Positions 52,647-56,418 of a DNA stretch of 56,418 nt are shown piece after piece. Every line of letters begins with the position of its first letter. The first letter of the stretch is position 1. Origin of the DNA: Candidatus Ozemobacteraceae bacterium (GTDB lineage Bacteria; Muiribacteriota; Ozemobacteria; Ozemobacterales; Ozemobacteraceae); assembly GCA_035342015.1 (NCBI GenBank), contig DAOQWI010000002.1, positions 1 to 56,418 of the forward strand, in the 5' to 3' direction. The notes beneath the pieces were generated by a model, which ran no database searches, had not been told where the DNA came from, and saw only the letters and a program-made list of their open reading frames with translations. The translations under genes were made by a program, and so were the position numbers.

Positions 52647-54599
52647 TTACATCACTCTCACGAATACCAGTGCGTCAAGAAGCAGGGTGGCATTACCGCC
52701 TGCACCAGCACTTATTGCTGTCAGGTCTATGTCGATCCCTGACAGGCCAGCGTTAACCTGAATCTGTCCAAGCGCCAGCGAAGTTCGGCCTTTGTTTACA
52801 GAAGAGTATGCGCTGATATCCTTCTCAAGCAGGGCGCTGCTGAGAATACCATTTTCACGGATCGATACACGCCAGTTACCACTGGTGGTATGCGGAAAAT
52901 AGTAGGCATAAACATTGTAGCGATAAGCACCACTGCTGGGGGCCGGCAATCGAAAATAGTCAGAAGAAAAGAGAGTTCCGGCGCCATATCTGTATTGATC
53001 GCCACTACCGGGCACACCTACGGTAGATGGAACCAGAAGCGCAACCCCGGCACCTGAATAATAGTCGATCTTCGGATACAGGTTGGAAGTGTAAGCAAGA
53101 TAGATATGAGTCAGGTTGTCATTTGCCACATCGTCGAATTCCCAGTTCGGGTTTTCGCCTTCAAGAATAGCAACATTCATGCCGCCAGGATAAGCTTTGA
53201 CATAGGGGCTGAGTTCGCTCTCTTTGCCAGATGAACTTACCGCAGAAACCTTGAAGAAGTAAGGCACACCAAATTCAAGCTTGAGGCCCTTTTTATCAGG
53301 ATTCTGGTTATAAGAACTCGGATAGGCATTGATTACATAAGGTGAAGCTTCTGTCCACTGCGGCTGACCAGTCAGCATTTTAGTGTAGCCACCGTCGGCG
53401 ACGGTTGAGAAATACACATTATAGCTGACCGCGTTGCGGCTTGAATCCCATGCGAGTTTGATGCCAGACTCGGTAGCGCTTGAAGACCAGCCCTTGACAT
53501 TGGCAGGTACGGCTGGAATATCAGCATCTGAAGCCTGAGTGGTGATCGAGCTCAATTTACTGATGTTACCGTTGCGGTCGACGACTCTGACAGCAAACAG
53601 ATTGTATGAAGTGCCGTTGATATCTTTGAAGCTCTGAGTCAGGTTGGCAGTGCCATTGTCTTCAACGATACCGATCAGCGAGAACAGACCATCATTTGAA
53701 TTGGCTCGGAAAATCAGATAACTGTCGAGATCGAGGGTCGGGTTCTGGCCCTGGAAAATGTTCGAACCGTCTTCATTAACCGTCGGCTTGCTCCAGCTGA
53801 TAACCGGGTCAACATCGTTGCTGACAGAAAGGTTATAGGGAGAAGTCGGAATTGTGTCATCGCCAGATTTGAGAGTAACCTGGACGGGATCAGAGTTTTC
53901 GCTCTCAGTATAGTTATCGTTGAACGAACGCACAATGTAAGTATACTGTTCGGCAGATGATTTGCTGATCGAAGTATCAACGAAACCCGGTGTATCCTGG
54001 GGCACTGAAGAAACCCAGGTAACGCCACCGGCACTGGTGCTGAGGCCGCGATATATGTTGTATCCCTTAATGTGGCTTGAAGTTACTTTGTCCCAGGCGA
54101 CGTAAACTGCTTCGGTAGAAGCTCTTGCCTTGATATTTACAACTCTGGGGGGTCTTTCTTCAGTCGGCAGACCGGCGCGCACCTGAATTGCGTTGGTACG
54201 TGAAAGGTCTGATTCCTTACCCTGGGTATCGAAGGCAGAAATCTTGTAGAAATAGTATTGATCATTCACAAGACCATTCTGCTGATCGTTGTCGAGGTAA
54301 GAGGGGGCCGGCTGGGTGCCAATGGTGGCAATAAGGGTGAACGGGCCGCCTGAGCTGGCAGAACGGTAGACTTTATAGCCAACCAGATCTGCCTCGGTAT
54401 TCGCTGACCAGTTGATAAGACAGGCTCTCTCACGACCGACCGCAGTGATATTCTGCGGAATATTCGGAGCTTCGTAGTCTGTCAGACCGGGGTCTTTCTT
54501 GGTTCCAGTAGTACAGCCGAACAGAGTGAAAATCATGAGCAGCAAGGCAACTGCCATGAAACTTCGCCCGGCTTTTCTGGGCACAACCTTTTTCCACAT
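52647..54599 (-). CDS. Lipoprotein with four fibronectin-type-III-like repeats and a C-terminal beta-rich domain
   Basis: I place the start at ATG 54599 (MWKKVVPRK...), which has AAGGAGA 7 nt upstream. The ORF-track start at 54632 lacks an SD. The lipobox is LFGCTT. Four repeats each contain a Y-x-(V/I)-(Y/F)-R/S...Y-x-(Y/F)-x-(V/I)-x-(A/S)...G-x-(E/I)-S pattern (YKVYRSASSGGPF...YYFYKISAFDTQGKESDLS, and similar). Confidence 0.75.
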   Translation of the reverse strand: MWKKVVPRKAGRSFMAVALLLMIFTLFGCTTGTKKDPGLTDYEAPNIPQNITAVGRERACLINWSANTEADLVGYKVYRSASSGGPFTLIATIGTQPAPSYLDNDQQNGLVNDQYYFYKISAFDTQGKESDLSRTNAIQVRAGLPTEERPPRVVNIKARASTEAVYVAWDKVTSSHIKGYNIYRGLSTSAGGVTWVSSVPQDTPGFVDTSISKSSAEQYTYIVRSFNDNYTESENSDPVQVTLKSGDDTIPTSPYNLSVSNDVDPVISWSKPTVNEDGSNIFQGQNPTLDLDSYLIFRANSNDGLFSLIGIVEDNGTANLTQSFKDINGTSYNLFAVRVVDRNGNISKLSSITTQASDADIPAVPANVKGWSSSATESGIKLAWDSSRNAVSYNVYFSTVADGGYTKMLTGQPQWTEASPYVINAYPSSYNQNPDKKGLKLEFGVPYFFKVSAVSSSGKESELSPYVKAYPGGMNVAILEGENPNWEFDDVANDNLTHIYLAYTSNLYPKIDYYSGAGVALLVPSTVGVPGSGDQYRYGAGTLFSSDYFRLPAPSSGAYRYNVYAYYFPHTTSGNWRVSIRENGILSSALLEKDISAYSSVNKGRTSLALGQIQVNAGLSGIDIDLTAISAGAGGNATLLLDALVFVRVM

Positions 54600-54687
54600 A
54601 AGGTTTATCTCCTTTTCAGAGTAACTTGACAATATTCATCTAAACCATCGTCAAAGGTGCAGAAACTTATTAGCTTTAAAAGAAAAT

Positions 54688-55398
54688 TCATCTGCTACGC
54701 CTGACAATAAAAGAAAACATGCTGCCATTTCGCTGGCGTTGCCGCCTGAAAGAAAAAAAAGGCCTTTCGCTGCAGTAGGTGCAGTGATCAAAATCACTAA
54801 TTCCGGCCTCTGAAACGCCTGCCTGCAGTAGCTGCCAGCGATTAAGGCCGCGCAGATCGAGATGCCATTTCCCCATCTTTTTAAAAAATCGCTGCCAGGC
54901 AGGATCGGCTTCGACAAATTGCTGATAAACCTCGTCGCCCATCTCAAGGCAGCACTGACCGATACATGGCCCGATCAGAGCCTTTAAACCCGCAGGCGCG
55001 ACCTGAAACATTGCTGCAAACTGCTCAACCGCGCGGGCAACGATATTCATACAGGCACTGCGCCAGCCGGCATGAACCGCCGCAACCGCCTGGTCGCACC
55101 AGATAAGAACCGGCAGACAGTCTGCCGAAAAAACGCCGATTGGCCGATCAGTCAAGCCGGTAATCAGCCCATCAGTTTTTTCGGTCAAAAAAAACGGCGT
55201 ATTCTCAGTAACCTGAAAAACCCGATCCTGATGTACCTGATTTCCGTATGTCGGCCAGTTCATGGCATTTGCGCTGACAGCCGGCAGGCTTTTCCAGATT
55301 TCTGCAACCTGCTCTGAAGACATGTTATAAAAGGACAGGTCTCCATCAGAGGCTTCTGAAAAGGCGGCAATTATCTTCTGATCTTCAAAAATTTTCAT
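54688..55398 (-). CDS. pgeF: Peptidoglycan editing factor PgeF (YfiH/laccase-domain protein)
   Basis: GVFSADCLPVLIW, AAVHAGWRS and IGPCIGQCCLEMG are present, and the C-terminus is DHCTYCSERPFFSFRR. I prefer ATG 55398 (MKIFEDQK...), which is 4 nt after the upstream stop. The ORF-track TTG at 55428 would overlap the upstream gene by 26 nt. Confidence 0.85.
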   Translation of the reverse strand: MKIFEDQKIIAAFSEASDGDLSFYNMSSEQVAEIWKSLPAVSANAMNWPTYGNQVHQDRVFQVTENTPFFLTEKTDGLITGLTDRPIGVFSADCLPVLIWCDQAVAAVHAGWRSACMNIVARAVEQFAAMFQVAPAGLKALIGPCIGQCCLEMGDEVYQQFVEADPAWQRFFKKMGKWHLDLRGLNRWQLLQAGVSEAGISDFDHCTYCSERPFFSFRRQRQRNGSMFSFIVRRSR

Positions 55399-55402
55399 TG
55401 CA

Positions 55403-56418
55403 TCAATATTCTGGCGACAGCGAAGCAATCATTTTCTCTGCCAGTTCGTCGACCGCATCGCGCCGGCTCGAAACTTCCTTCACCATTTTGAGGGTGCGAA
55501 GCGCATCGTCGGGGCGGCCTTTTCTTGCATAGAGCGAAGCAAGCACAACGTATGCTTCCTTGAGGGTTCGATCAAGGGCAATCGCCTTTTTGCTCTTTTC
55601 GTAAGCGTCCTGATAACGACCCTGATTGTAGCAGAGCAGAGCGATATCCTTGTAGGCTTCAGCATTTTCAGGATTCAGACTCAAAGCTTTGCTGAATTCA
55701 GCCTCAGCCAGTGAATACTGCCCCGATCTGAAGAAGTCCTTACCCATATCCATGTGCGTCTGAGCCTTCATTGTGCTCTTCTCTTCCATCTGCTTGCGGG
55801 CGCGCAGCAGCAGATTGCGGGCCTGTCTCGAAACCATTGTAGTTTCGGGGGCATTGTTAATGATGTAGTTCAGCTCGGCGGCAGCCTCAGAGACAAGACC
55901 GCGATCAAGATAAGATTTGCTGAGAGAATATTTTCTCTCGAGCTCGCGTTCCTGGTTAACCGAGATTTCACGCGGCGCAGCCGACATTCTTACCGAAGAG
56001 GCAGAGTATGAAGAGGCAACCGTATTTGTGTCACGCTGATTTCTTGCGGCAATATTTGCCCGGCTGAACGGATCAGCCTCTATTGATGTGGCTGCAGACA
56101 TGGAAGGTGCTACCGGCATCGGTGCCATAGCGGTCGCGGAATCGAAAACCGCAACCGGCTGCTCAACAGCACTGACTGGTGTAAAGCTCGTATTTGTTTC
56201 TACCGGTGCCGCAGCGACATTGTAGGCTGAGCCAAGTGAGCCCGATTTACCCTTGCGATTCAAAAAATCCTGCAGTTTGGAACTACCCTGCATTTTTTTG
56301 ACATTGCTGAAATAGAAACGCTTGGTCTCAGTTGTCAGACTTTTAACCTTCTTTTCCAGATGTTTCTTGATCGGGTCTGAATCTGGAGCCTTGGCCAGGG
56401 CCTGACGATAAACATGCA
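55403..56418 (-). CDS. TPR-repeat protein, probably truncated by the right edge of the window
   Basis: The C-terminal half has clear TPR repeats (FSKALSLNPENAEAYKDIALLCYNQGRYQDAYEKSKKAIALDRTLKEAYVVLASLY). The frame upstream of the ORF-track ATG (56293) stays open to base 56416 (HVYRQALAKAPDSDPIKKHLEKKVKSLTTETKRFYFSNVKK-MQG...) and reads like a further TPR tail. The true start is therefore probably outside the window. Confidence 0.7.
   Translation of the reverse strand, partial: HVYRQALAKAPDSDPIKKHLEKKVKSLTTETKRFYFSNVKKMQGSSKLQDFLNRKGKSGSLGSAYNVAAAPVETNTSFTPVSAVEQPVAVFDSATAMAPMPVAPSMSAATSIEADPFSRANIAARNQRDTNTVASSYSASSVRMSAAPREISVNQERELERKYSLSKSYLDRGLVSEAAAELNYIINNAPETTMVSRQARNLLLRARKQMEEKSTMKAQTHMDMGKDFFRSGQYSLAEAEFSKALSLNPENAEAYKDIALLCYNQGRYQDAYEKSKKAIALDRTLKEAYVVLASLYARKGRPDDALRTLKMVKEVSSRRDAVDELAEKMIASLSPEY

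Noticed and set aside
54600-54632. 11-codon extension at the 5' end of the FN3 lipoprotein ORF.
   Set aside because: There is no SD before 54632, whereas AAGGAGA sits 7 nt upstream of ATG 54599. The signal peptide also reads naturally from MWKKVVPRK.
1-56418. Search for CRISPR arrays, tRNA/rRNA genes, IS elements, integrases, phage genes, reverse transcriptases and known defence-system signatures.
   Set aside because: No spaced direct repeats were seen, and no intergenic gap exceeds about 275 bp. None of the translated ORFs has transposase (DDE), integrase (R-H-R-Y), RT (YxDD) or Cas-like motifs. The window looks like core chromosome with lineage-specific envelope and signalling operons.

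Overview
The window is a gene-dense bacterial chromosomal segment with about 44 protein-coding genes, roughly 37 of them on the minus strand. Many are chained by 4-nt ATGA/GTGA stop-start overlaps. I found no rRNA, tRNA, CRISPR array, transposase, integrase or phage gene. The longest non-coding gap is about 275 bp.

Recognisable housekeeping genes:
- Three adjacent aminoacyl-tRNA synthetases in the order valS-tyrS-thrS.
- rny-ymdB.
- surE-birA, ptsI and pgeF.
- A thioredoxin and a SurA/PpiD-like PPIase.

The remainder is envelope and signalling content:
- A MoxR/DUF58 cluster interrupted by an ABC exporter.
- An orphan minor-pseudopilin operon led by a TAXI-type binding protein.
- A GAF-containing class III nucleotide cyclase.
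- Three histidine kinases and a DegS-type kinase around one sigma54-dependent (NtrC-type) response regulator.
- An O-antigen-ligase/TPR fusion.
- Many TPR and low-complexity secreted proteins.

The gene mix combines RNase Y, YmdB, a DegS-type kinase and a YvyF-type protein with LolA-like, SurA-like and pseudopilin genes. This suggests a diderm lineage that I cannot name from sequence alone.

The most unusual items:
1. A tightly packed seven-gene minus-strand operon (37760..47902). It encodes an unknown protein, a LolA-like protein, a NucS/DUF91-like protein whose catalytic E-x-K reads Q-I-L, a TPR membrane scaffold, and three signalling proteins.
2. A 694-aa GrpE-domain chimera (long coiled coil, GrpE core, zinc ribbon, TPR) immediately upstream of the synthetase trio.
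3. The TAXI plus K/I-like pseudopilin operon, which has no pilus machinery nearby.
4. The split MoxR...DUF58 cluster.

All functional calls come from reading motifs in the translations. No database search was possible, so family assignments remain hypotheses until checked with HMM or structure searches.
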